Positions 1-11,973 of a stretch of DNA of 64,000 nucleotides are shown piece by piece. Positions within the stretch are counted from its first letter, which is position 1, and each line of letters opens with the position of its first letter. Position numbers and translations under genes: made by a program. This DNA comes from Chrysemys picta bellii. Lineage: Eukaryota. The DNA is taken from contig NC_088800.1 in the NCBI RefSeq assembly GCF_011386835.1, forward strand, positions 39,866,001 through 39,930,000. The letters are read 5' to 3'. Below the pieces are notes generated by a model. That model was not told the origin of the DNA. It did not search any database and worked only from the letters and a program-made list of their open reading frames with translations.

Positions 1-1061
1 TTTTTAAGGCCACTACAATATACCACCAAGAAGCCTTGCTGTGCTGTTAGCTCCCTGACTGCTATGTCATATCAAGAGACTGGAAAAAGGGAACTATTCT
101 TCCCTTCAACCACTATACTCCAGTTTAGAAAGCCTAGCAAGTTCTGAAGCAATTTCTCCAAAGACCTAGTCACCTGAATGACATATCCACCTAGTTTCCT
201 GAGAACAGTCTGAATAACTCCTCACTCAAATTAGCCCCTCTTGAGCAACAAGCACTTTGGAGTATCAGCTGGCATGCAGCCAGATCCTACAGTTGTTTAG
301 TGTGCTCACCAGCATGGAGAGTCAGGAATCCCATTTACCACTGACCTGGCAACTTTCACGGAATCCTGCCAAGTGCATCAACATGGAAGCTAGCAAATCA
401 GGATATGAGCTTGATGCAGGAATTACTGGGTAATATTCCATGAGCTGTGTCATGTTATGCCGGTCAAATAAGAATCTTTCCCCACTGAAAAAACCCATGA
501 TGGTGTAAAGCAAAGCCCTCTTGTCTCTGACCCACAGTATCTAGGGGACAGGCTTTGAACTGTCAGCGCTCATAGCAAACATTCAGAAGTCTATGATTTA
601 TCATAGGTCATCACTAAGGAGCGCCAATCTTCCCACTTATTCACGGGATTTCCAAGGGAGAAACTCTCTGTCTATAGCCAAATAAACTTCCACAGCAGAG
701 TTAATTCAACCCACCTTAACAGCACTTAATGGAACCCTTACCCAAGCTCACCCACACTATAGTTTGTAGCAAAGAGCAGCTAATCCAACCCCCACACCTA
801 AACCTTAGAACCAATCTCAACCCACCGATGGGCTGTTCCTATACCTAACAGAGCTAATCTTAACTCTATAAAGCACCCTAGCACTACACTAAGGAAATGC
901 CCATATATGATGAAGCACACAGTAAAGTGAAGAGCTCTTAGCTGTACTGGCATATAGCTTCAAGCACTGGTAATTATTGATACAAACCCAATATTAACAT
1001 CCTGCTGTAACTATTCAATAAGCAAGTCAGTCACTTTCCATCCACTTATGAAATACAAAAT

Positions 1062-1380
1062 GGCTGTGCTGCTCAGATGATCAGGAATGGGATATGGACT
1101 TTCTACCCACAAGGACACAGGTTCAAATTCTGGCCAACTTCATAGCAACTGGAAATCTTTACTACCTGAGGGTTCACGGACGGTCAATGTGAAATAAATT
1201 AAGTCAGTTACTAGCAGACAGGTGCCTATATCAAAATTAATCACAACAACTGGTACTAACTAGCCCCATGCTGACAGTCTCAGCAGAAAGGTGACAGAAT
1301 GAATGAGCCACGAAGACCAAACTCCTTTTTCACCTCTAGCAGTGACCCTTGTTGATCAGGGTTGACACATGTAGATAAGG
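1062..1380 (+). mobile_element. LF-SINE-like ancient SINE in ARID3B intron 2 (antisense to the gene)
   Basis: Ordered blocks match the LF-SINE consensus as I recall it: gctcag..gat..g.aatgggatatgga, ggttcaaat, tgtgaaat, ctag..gacaggtg, acaactgg.actaa, cagtctcagcaga.agg, tgaatg.gcca.g.agac, tcacctctag, tcagggttga. Recognition from memory, not from a search. Confidence 0.65.
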
Positions 1381-1517
1381 GGCTTTAATTTACCTCTTCC
1401 ATGTACAGTTAGAGAGCTGCACCCCCAGAGCTGTCAAATATAGCCCCTTTTACAAGTACTAAATTCACTTTTGAAAGAAAGAGCCTTTGTTCATAGAGAA
1501 GAGATGTCAGAACTGAC

Positions 1518-2078
1518 CTGCTTGAGCTGCTCATCCATTCTCCAGGTCTGCCGCCCAGATGGGGAACCAGAATATGATTGTTTAGTAGTGTCTTTACCCT
1601 GTCCGTCCTTTTCCTGCTGTCCCCGCTGAAGTTCCGGGGCTGGAAGAGGATTCGAAGTAGAAGCCACTCTTTGGTTGTGATGGGCAACTTTTTGAGAATG
1701 AAAATACTTCAAAGTAGAACAGGCATCTTTCCCAGTCATTTCAGTGTCCTCCTCAAGATCTCCATCTTCCAAACCCTCTTCTTCTTCATCCTCTTCTTCA
1801 TCATCTTCCGGCTCTGAGGTCACACTGCTGTGATCAAAAGCTCGGGTGGCCCCAACTACAGGTGGAACTTTGGCCAAAGGACCAAGTGCTTGGCTGCCTG
1901 AAGCCCTGCCAGATGTGGCTGCTAGAACAGCCTGCTGTGCTGCCAGCTGCTGAGTATAAAGCAGCTGGGCTTCTCTCATCTGCCTCTGCTGTCTCTCTCT
2001 GGAATCCATCTGCAGAGGACCTTGCTGCTGTTGCTGCTGCTGCTTCTGCAGCTGCTCAACGACAGCCTCTAGCTTCAT
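1518..2078 (-). CDS. ARID3B: ARID3B first coding exon (exon 2 spans 2158-1518; 187 codons). The ARID domain exons lie left of the window.
   Basis: ATG at 2078. Translation MKLEAVVEQLQKQQQQQQQGPLQMDSRERQQRQMREAQLLYTQQL...acidic tract...KYFHSQKVA...DEQLKQ matches the ARID3B N-terminus as I recall it. Acceptor ttttag|G at 2159/2158 and donor AAGCAG|gtcagt at 1518/1517. Head-to-head orientation to UBL7 fits the human 15q24 gene order. Confidence 0.92.
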
Positions 2079-4109
2079 CCCGCAGTTAGCATGGCTGTGA
2101 AAAGACAGCTTTTCTATCCAGCAGGGCTCAAGCCCTGACCTTCAGAGATCAATAGAACCTAAAAGATAGATAAATATTTGTATGAATATAACACACTTTC
2201 ATCTTCTTCCCTGTCCGAGGATAAGCAGGCTGCAAAGCCAGTCCTCTTTCCAGTCCAGGAGACCATGAAACAGTAAACCTAGAGTTTTGCAGCCTCAGGC
2301 TCAAACTTGCACTCCATTTTCAGTGTGTTTAATTGTATTTTCAAACTGAACACACGACAACATAACCTCAGTTTTACAAACTGCAAACTGCTTACCTGAA
2401 CTGCTTTTACAAACTGCAAACTGTCCCCTGCCCTAAGAGCATATACTTCACTGACCCCTCTCCCGCAAGTTTTACTAGTTACCTTTAAAGCATTTGATTT
2501 TAAAATTTAGATTTCAATCTTACTCCATGCACTATCTGAAGGAATTGCACATCATAATAATTTCACTAAGTGCATGCTCTTTAAGTAAATGTATTTATAA
2601 TCCTGTACCAAATACTATTGTCTTTGCAGGTTATTTCATGCCCTCATGATTTTAAAGAAGTTCCACATGCGCCCTGAGATCTTAGTAAAAACAGGGCTCT
2701 TTTAGCAGTTGTTACTCTTCTGAGTAATTTGGATGCCATGAAAGTAAAGATCATCCTACCCCCAAATAGCTAGTCACTGGGAAACCTTTACCCCACCTTC
2801 TCCACATACAACTCTGCCAATACACCTAACATCCCAAGCTGGGACACTCTCTGTTATTCTAATTAGAGGATGCACAGGGCTTTGTTAGCACTCCATTTTG
2901 ATCTACAACATCCCTTGCTCTTCCAGTATTAGGCACCTCTTGAACAGAGACTAGCAGACCTGACTAGAACCAGGTATACAGTTGAGACATAATAGGCAAA
3001 TCCTGGGAGGACAATTGTGCTCCTACTTTTCAAAGGCTAAAGGAGAATGTGCATTTCCAGGCATTATGACAGAACTCAGAAATGTAAGTACATCTAACTG
3101 CTAAGTAGCTGCCCTTCAAGACTTACCAGTAAATCAGAACTCAGTCAATAAAGTACAAGAAACAAAGGAAAGGCAGCCAGCAAACAAACTAAGGAAATCC
3201 TCCTTCCACCCACATAACAGCACTGTGGTATGCAATCTAACCAACACCAGGTCCTTAAAAAGGAGGATAGTTTGCTAATGCTCTATGGTTAAACGCAAGA
3301 AAACACATTTCTGTAGGTAAATCAAATACACTAATTGACGCAATTTCCACACAGTTCCAAAATAAGAGAAAAGACCTCAAATGTCCCTAGATTCTCCCTA
3401 AAGAGATTCAACAATATCTTCTGTAAACACTATACAATACAATTGATTTTAAATTGTGCAAGTTACAATACCAGAGACATTTTTCTCAGCAAATCATTTC
3501 CTGTATTAAGCAACTATTGTCATAAATAAAATCATTCCAATGACAGGTCTATCAGCATTCTTAACTATCATACTCCAATATATCCTTTAGCTTAAAAGTG
3601 AAGCAACACACAATTCAAATGTCAGTAACAATCATACACCATCTGGCATGCGATTAGGGCATCACACATTCCTCAGGCACAATACACAGCCTGGCATTGG
3701 TGTTATAATACATACACATCTCCCTTGTACAATAACAATGAACTGGAATGTGGATTCTAACATTAAACACAAACCAGATTGTGTATTACTGTGCCTAAGG
3801 CATGTGTATACAATTCTCACAACACATCTTATTGTGTAGCGCAGCACCTGAGGCATGTTAGGATGTCAACTATCATATCTCAGATGTAGCAATACACAAC
3901 AGGGTGTGCAGTTAATACATGCCTCATGTGCAATACAATAAGAAGTGACTGGTATGTGATTAACTTCAGGTAAACACACCTGAGATGCAGAAACACAGCC
4001 TTGGTATGCGGTTCCAATGTGTCTCACACAGCTCTGATACAATAATGCATGAAAGGTTATACCAAGATTCATACATTTCTCCTGGATTAGACATGAATGT
4101 GAAACCCAA

Positions 4110-4176
4110 GGGCTCCCGGGGAGTTGGATTAGATGACCTCCTGAGGTCTCTTCCAACCCTAATCTTCTATGATTCC
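4110..4176 (+). mobile_element. CR1 LINE 3' terminal fragment
   Basis: ttggattagatgacctcctgaggtctcttccaaccctaatcttctatgattc is the typical CR1 3' end. Confidence 0.75.
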
Positions 4177-5273
4177 AGAACAAAAGATATAGCAACCACA
4201 CCCTAATTAGGTATTAATGTGATTGTAAAAAGATAGTCAACATTTCTGAGTGTTTTAAGTAAATAAGGATACTTACAACAAAGAGTACAAGATCAGGATA
4301 CAATTTTTTTTTTTAATTCTCCATCTGGGTTGCTATTACTACTTTAGATAATTAAAAATAGTTTTAACATCTGATTTTCTTTTCAGCATTAGTATTTGCT
4401 TAACTTTTTGAATTACAACCAACTCTGGTCAGTGAAACTACTCAGTTTAACTTTCACGTTCTCGTGCAGTAACCCAGCCTCATGTGGATTTCCATCCTGG
4501 AAGAGCAGTTAAAGAAAAAGTCTTCCCATCTGAATTTTTAAACCTTCCTTCTTTGTTTTAACAAAACCTAATTATTGTAATTAAACCACACTGGTAATGT
4601 GCTTCTGGCAGTTTTGGGTGGAGCTATAAAAAGGACATTTTGAAACAGAAAAAACGCTGAAAAGTATACAATTCAAGCTCCTCTGAAAAGAAATGAGAGG
4701 CTTTAGAAAGGAGTAGTAAACAAAACTGTGAACGCTCCTTATATTTTCAGGCAGGCTCCACTATGGAATGTTTCTGCTCCCCCAAGCTTTTATTATCCCC
4801 TCTATATCTAGTTCTCACACCAGGCCACTGTAACCTATTTCCCTAAACCAGCCCCCTAACTAATCGCTTTCACCCATAACCTGTCACCCAACCAACTCCT
4901 CCCACCATAGTCACGCTAACCAATCCCATACCCTGTCTCTCAAATCCCAAAAACCAATCCCATACCCAAACCCCTCTCCCCAGTAAGCAACCCCACACAA
5001 ATCCCACTAACCCAGAGCCAGTCATTCCAACCAACCCACTCCTCCTCAACACTCATAACTCCCTCCTCACAGAGATCCCCACTAGTTCCCTCAGCCTCCC
5101 TAGAACCAATCACATATCCTGCCCCACAAAACCAACTCTGACAATTAGCCCCCCATAACCAGCCCTTTCCCTCCCAAACAGCCTCTTCAAACCACCTATA
5201 ACTAGCCCCCATAACCCCTTTCTCCAAAACCTTCATAACCAGCCCTTCAACAACAACCCCATAGCCTGCCCTC

Positions 5274-5510
5274 ACACCCAGCCCCCACCCCTACTTCTAC
5301 CACACACCCAGCCCCCACAGCCTGCCCTCACACCCAGCCCCCACCCCTACTTCTACCACACACCCAGCCCCCACAGCCTGCCCGCACACCCAGCCCCACC
5401 TCTACCACACACCCAGCCCCCGGCCCTACCTCTACCACACACCCAGCCCCCACAGCCTGCCCGCACACCCAGCCCCCACCCCTACCTCGACCACACACCC
5501 AGCCCTGCCA
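5274..5510. repeat. C-rich minisatellite with alternating ~30-bp and ~26-bp units, in ARID3B intron 1
   Basis: About nine cacacccagccc heads, followed alternately by ccacccctacttctacca and ccacagcctgcccg/t. It is preceded by degenerate cccataacc-type low complexity from ~4830. Confidence 0.85.
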
Positions 5511-5535
5511 CCAGCGGGATCAGAGGGGCCATTAC

Positions 5536-5640
5536 CTCCTCCAGAGCGAGGGGAGCGGGTCGCTGCAGGCCCGCGCGCAGCCACTCGACTCTGACCGTCA
5601 CCCCTCCCCCGCCCCCCTTAGCAAGACCGGAAACGGAGCT
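5536..5640 (-). other. ARID3B: Probable non-coding exon 1 of ARID3B (upstream boundary approximate)
   Basis: Minus-strand donor GAG|gtaatg at 5536/5535 at the edge of a CpG-rich promoter. Exon 2 has 80 nt of 5'UTR behind an acceptor, so an upstream exon is required. Confidence 0.6.
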
Positions 5641-5880
5641 GGGAGGGGGCGGGGCGCATAGCGGAAGCTACGCCACTAGCCTCCCCTCCCCCGCAGAGAG
5701 AACGCTGACCGGAAGTAGCTGTCAGGAGGCGGAATCAGCTAGCGGAAAGTATTCGGGAAAGGAGCGGAACTGGGACGAGTAGGCGGGCCGTTATCACCAG
5801 CAGCCAATGGGCGCGCGGGGCCGGGGCCGGGTTTCCGGTTCCGGTGGTGATAAAGCGGTGCTGGGCGCGGACACTACTGA
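5620..5880. promoter_or_regulatory. CpG-island bidirectional promoter, ARID3B / actin copy A
   Basis: ETS motifs (accggaaac, accggaagt, ttccggttccgg), GC boxes, CCAAT at ~5805, and TATA-like GATAAA at 5849-5854. Confidence 0.7.
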
Positions 5881-5935
5881 CTGCCGCAGGGAAGAAGCTG
5901 AGCAGTGCCGGAGCGTGTGTGGGCAGCTGCTGCAG
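5880..5935 (+). other. Non-coding exon 1 of actin copy A, followed by a 600-nt 5'UTR intron (5936-6535); exon start approximate
   Basis: Donor CAG|gtaccgg at 5935/5936 and acceptor tctcag|ATTAAATCAAAATG at 6535/6536. Both sites are conserved in copy B. Confidence 0.7.
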
Positions 5936-6540
5936 GTACCGGGGTGGTGGGGAAGGGCGTGGCGGATCTCCGCCGTTGAGGTGGCTGGCCGTGTCCAGCC
6001 TTCTGGGTGCTATGGGCTGGGTGTGGCAAGCGGCGCCCCTCCCCCCCGACACGAGCTGCAATCAGCCCAGCTCAATGGGCGCAAACTTCTCGTGTGAACA
6101 CGCTTAAACCACTTCGGTTATGGTGTAACGTGATACTACTCGTGGGGGAGGAGGAAGGCTGGGAATGAGCCTCGGGATTCCCAGACTCGCCCGGCTCAGC
6201 CATTGTCTGGAGTGCAAAAGCTGCGCCAGTTTAACTAGCTCAGATTTAAACTCCCCTGCCTAGGCTGCTGCTAGTGCCTAGTGTACAATCATTTAACCTG
6301 GCTGAGTGCTTGTCTCTGTGCCCGGCCGGGAGTCGAGCCAGGTCATGTGAGCGGCTGGGATCTCCCTCAGGTGAGACATCCCCATACAGACCTGCAGCCT
6401 TGCTCCCATGCTCTCGTGTTACTTTCTAAACACAGATCCTTATCCTCTTGCCTCAATGTAATCCAAGTAGGGCTCATAGGAAGGGTAGCCAGATATTGAC
6501 AAACCCTTCTCTGTCCCCCTCACTGTTTATCTCAGATTAA

Positions 6541-7677
<1,137 letters not shown>

Positions 7678-8176
7678 AGAGGGTCCCAGCAGGTGTGCTC
7701 AGCCTCTGTTGATGGGGTTACACACAGTATAATTGTCAGGGCAAATGTATTTACCAAATTGAGTAGTTACTTGTAAACTTTGCCCTTGAAAAGCCTTTCA
7801 TGTTGGACCAATATTGTTTGATTTACTCCCCTCCCCTTATGTTTAACTTGACTATACCTTTGATGTACTGTGCAGTAACTATATCCTGTGCATCATAAGC
7901 TCTGTTACAGGTTGCACGTGACCAAGGTTACAGTTAACTGTATTAGTGACGAGAGAGCGCTACCTGTTAGGCTTTAGTTTTCCTGTGGCTGACTAGTAAC
8001 CCTTTACTCCCCCACCCCACCCCCCAGCTATAAATTCCCTGGGGCTGGAGACTAGACTAAGGGTGGTTGACTTGTCATTACATCAAAGTTACATTGTAAA
8101 CTCAGAAGTAGATTTGTAACTAACCCTAAAGGTGATAACTGTAATGTCACTGACAGCTCCTTGTATAAGGCAAACT

Positions 8177-8182
8177 AATAAA
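8177..8182 (+). terminator. Poly(A) signal of actin copy A (second AATAAA at 8275-8280)
   Basis: AATAAA conserved at the equivalent position in copy B. Homology between the copies ends about 15 nt downstream. Confidence 0.7.
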
Positions 8183-9064
8183 CTTCCGTGGTTTAAAAAG
8201 TTGTCATGATTGTATGCTTGGACTCTCACGTGGTCTGGCCTCCAGGCTGAATGAACCTGGTCATCTCACTTTTTAATAAAACCATCATATATTGGCTAAA
8301 TCATAATTCTAACTCTTGCATGCCAAATCGGTGATATACAGAAGGCTGATGCCTCAGTAGGAACAGTTGTGCTGGACACATGTACTCTCTCACTCCAAAG
8401 TAGAGAGAATAAAGTCTTTAAATATTGAATTTGTGGTAATGTGGTATTGGCGCTATCAACCTTCTAATCAGTTTGTAGATGGGGGTTCCTTTTACGCATT
8501 GTTCTCTGATACTGAAAGACAAAGTAAGGAGAAGGAGGAACAAAAGTGCTCTGATATCTTGATGCAAAGGAAGCTAACACTTTCAAATGGTGTTGCAAGT
8601 AGGGAGATGTCTAAAAGCAAAACCAGTATAATATAATGCAGTTAAGTCACGTTTCCTGATTATTTTAGGAGTATAACTTTGCTGTTGTATAAAGAATACT
8701 TTCCTCTTAAGATTCCCTGTAGCTGAATGGCATTGGGGTGGAGTGTTTTACTGCCTCCATTATTGTCTAGCTGAAGATGGCTTTCTACAGGGTTAACACC
8801 AGCAAAAGCATGCAAAGTTGCAGTAGTTGTCCTGGGAAGAGTAACTTGCAATGAAGGTATAGAATTTTCCTACGTATAGTAAAATGAGACCTTAACCATG
8901 GTTCTAAAAACTACTGCTTTGACCTTCTTTTGGAGTTGTCTTGGGGTTGGGGAAGAGAAGATACTAGAAGTTAATACTTGCAGTTTCCTTCAAATTCTCT
9001 CAGTAGCCTACTATAGCATGGCAAAGTGTGAATTTCTAAACAGTTTAGCAACTGCCCCTATATA

Positions 9065-9429
9065 AAGAACAGGAGTACTTGTGGCACCTTAGAGATTAAC
9101 AAATTTATTAGAGCATAAGTTTTCGTGGGCTACAGCCTACTTCTTCGGATGCATCAAATGGAACATCTATATAGAGAGAGGGGGGGGGGTGTACACCCAC
9201 ACAGAGAGCATGAGCAGGTGGGAGTTGTCTTACCAACTCTGAGAGGCCAATTAAGTAAGAGAAAAAACTTGTGTGTATCTCCTTAATGTATGTTCACTTC
9301 TATGCATCCGAAGAAGTGGGCTGTAGTCCACGAAAGCTTATGCTCTAATAAATTTGTTAGTCTCTAAGGTGCCACAAGTACTCCTGTTCTTTTTGCGGAT
9401 ACAGACTAACACAGCTGCTACTCTGAAAT
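9065..9429. mobile_element. Penelope-like fold-back (inverted pseudo-LTR) insertion
   Basis: Inverted arms ~9066-9153 and ~9302-9397, a consensus tail to 9429, and a 13-bp target duplication ctgcccctatata at 9052-9064 and 9430-9442. Family assignment is by recall and structure. Confidence 0.7.
9304..9343 (+). ncRNA. Minimal type I hammerhead-ribozyme-like motif
   Basis: GCAT (stem I) CCGAAGA A GTGGGCT gt AGTCCAC (stem II) GAAA GCTT (palindromic stem III) ATGC (stem I'). U4 is C and there is an extra A after A9. An inverted copy lies at 9113-9152. Confidence 0.5.
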
Positions 9430-11174
9430 CTGCCCCTATATAGGAGATAAAGACTGACTCTTCAATCTCCCCCAGTCCTCATATCATGCAGTTTTCTTTT
9501 AAAATGGTCTTGTTCTGTGGGTAGGTAGGGGGGAAAATACTGTCCTAAAACATCAAAATCTGAGAGCTGACCAACTGATTATTACCTCTCAGCTTCAGGC
9601 TGCCCCAAAATGACCTCAACTCTTGTTATTCCAACACAGTGCAAGCTAATACACAATTTACTTGCTAGTTTAACCCCCAACTTCCTTCTAGCAGTACAGA
9701 TTCCCAGCTTTCTCCCTTTTGTATATGTGTGCGCCTCTTGGTTTGGCTTTCCCCATAGATACAGTCAGTTCTGCCTGAATTTCTAGTCCCCTTGGTTCCT
9801 CAGTCACTTCTCTTAGCTAGCTCTTCCTTTTTCTCAGGGACTAGAGCCTTGGATGGGACCCCACTCCAGCTAGGGTCAGCCTCCTACAATGCAGAAACCC
9901 AACCTAAAGTGCCACTTTGGACCACGGTGGTCTGGCTCAAGTGACTTCCTATACAGCAGAGCACTATAGCTGAGGCAGGTTCAAGGCAATGTTCTAAGCA
10001 GGTTCTCTGGTTAGTTGTGGAAGTCTGTAACCAGCAAGATGTGATGTATAGTGCACTCCATGATATCAAAATTCATTGCATGCTCCAAGAATGGGAGAAC
10101 CATGCTTTCTTACATCACTATCTCCTCTTGCTGAGATGTAGGCTCAGAATATTTCCCCAGCTGCATCCCCTCTCCTTCCTGAGGATTGAGGGGGAGGGAT
10201 GGGGACCATACAGACCTCTAGCTCTGTACTTGCTAACCTTCTTCCCAGGCTACACCCAGCTGCTGAGATACAGGGGAGAGGATCAAGAACTTGTAGCCCT
10301 ACATCTCCAACTTTGAATGGTGCAACTGGACCACTTGAAAACATGGCAATCTCAGAGAAGAAATTCCCATACCCATCCATGGCCTCTGCACTTGTTACAG
10401 CTAATCTGTGCTTAACCTACTCCACTGTTAGAGGAAACCACTTTTCCTAAATATTGGGACCTTTTGGAACTGGGGAATGGAGGTAAGAAAGTCCCATTGA
10501 AAATGGTGATTTTTATCCCAAAGGGCTAAGGAGTGTCTTCAGTTGCTCTGAAAACATGCTTTTCTTAGACCCCACCCCTTAGGGCTAGGGAGTAATTGCT
10601 CTCCATCCTCTAGGACTAGCCTCTACTACCTCTGAAGACCCAGGATTACAGGCAGCACCTTACTCTTGCATGACCTTAATTAATATTGGAAATACCCATC
10701 ACATTTGTTTAAAAAAAGTTAGATACATTTATAAGTTTTTTAGGAGGTTTTGCAGAGTTGACATCTGAAACCAGACTTACCAGCAGTTTTTCATTAACAC
10801 ATCTTAAAAGAGAGGGGGGAGGGGATTAAAATTCTTCCTTTCTAGTAGGGGACTCAACTGTTACCTGTTCTAATTACAATAAATAATACTCATTACTTCT
10901 AAACCAGGGGGTGGAAAACTTGTTACACAAGCAAATATGCATTTAAGGAAGTGACATATTTTAACACCAGTGTTTTTAGAGACTTAACTTATTTGTGGGT
11001 CTTTTCTATTCTAAAGAGATTACTGAAAGATGACTACAAATGCACATGGTGGACAGAAATATTGTATTGCAATATTAGCTTAGACTGGGATCCTACGTGC
11101 TAGGTGCAATATAGACAGAAGAAACAGATGGTCCGTAGCCTCAGAGAGCTTGCAATCTAATCCAAATATGACAC

Positions 11175-11973
11175 TATACCATATCTGGATTTTTAATAAG
11201 GCTTTGGACACCGTCCCACATGATGTTCTCATAAGCAAACTAGGGAAATGTGGTCTAGATTAAGTTACGGGGGGGAGGCAGCAAGGCTAAGTGGTAGTAC
11301 TGATGAAAAGGATCTGGAGATTATAGTGGATCAAAAATGAATATGAGTCAACAATGTAATGCAGCTGTGAAAAAGACTAATGTCATTCTGGGGTCTATGA
11401 ACAGGAGTGTCATACATAAGAGACAGGAGGCAATTGTTCCACACTGGTGAGGCCTCGGCTGGAGTATTGTGTCCGATTCTGGGCACTGCACTCTAGGAAA
11501 GATGTGGACAAATTGGAGAGAGTCCTGAGGAGAGCAACAAAAGTGATAAAAGGTTTAGAAAACCTGACATATGAGGAAATGTTGAAAGACTGCACATGTT
11601 TAGTCTTGAGAATAGAAGACTGAGGGAGGACCTTATAATAGTCTTCAAATATGTTAAGGACTGTTACAAAGAGGACTGGGATCAATTGATCTCTGTGTCC
11701 ACTGAACATAGGACAAGAAGTAATGAGCTTAATCTGCAGCAAAGGGGATTTAGGTTAGATATTAGGAAAAACTTTCTGACTATAAGAGTATTTAAGTTCT
11801 AGAACAGACTTCCAAGGGAGGTTGTGGAATTCTCATTGCTGGAGGTTTTTAAAAACAGGTTGGACAAACACCTGTCCGGGCTGGTCTAGGTTTACTTGGT
11901 CCTGCCTCAGCACCGGGGGACAGACTTGATGATTTCTTGAGCTCCCTTCCAGACTGATATTTCTGTGATTCTA
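11175..11973 (+). mobile_element. CR1 LINE, 5'-truncated and internally deleted, decayed RT C-terminus plus 3' end
   Basis: CR1 ORF2 remnants (SLENRRLREDLIIVFKYVK...GFRLDIRKNFLTIRV) ending in ttctgtgattct. Confidence 0.85.

Noticed and set aside
1409-2089. Extra ORFs overlapping the ARID3B exon, and the ORF-track tail VSSDISSL (1491-1517)
   Set aside because: The other frames are shadows. The tail is intron read-through beyond the GT donor at 1517.
3640-4060. AC/TG-rich semi-periodic stretch
   Set aside because: I could not define a repeat unit or family by eye, so it is left uncalled.
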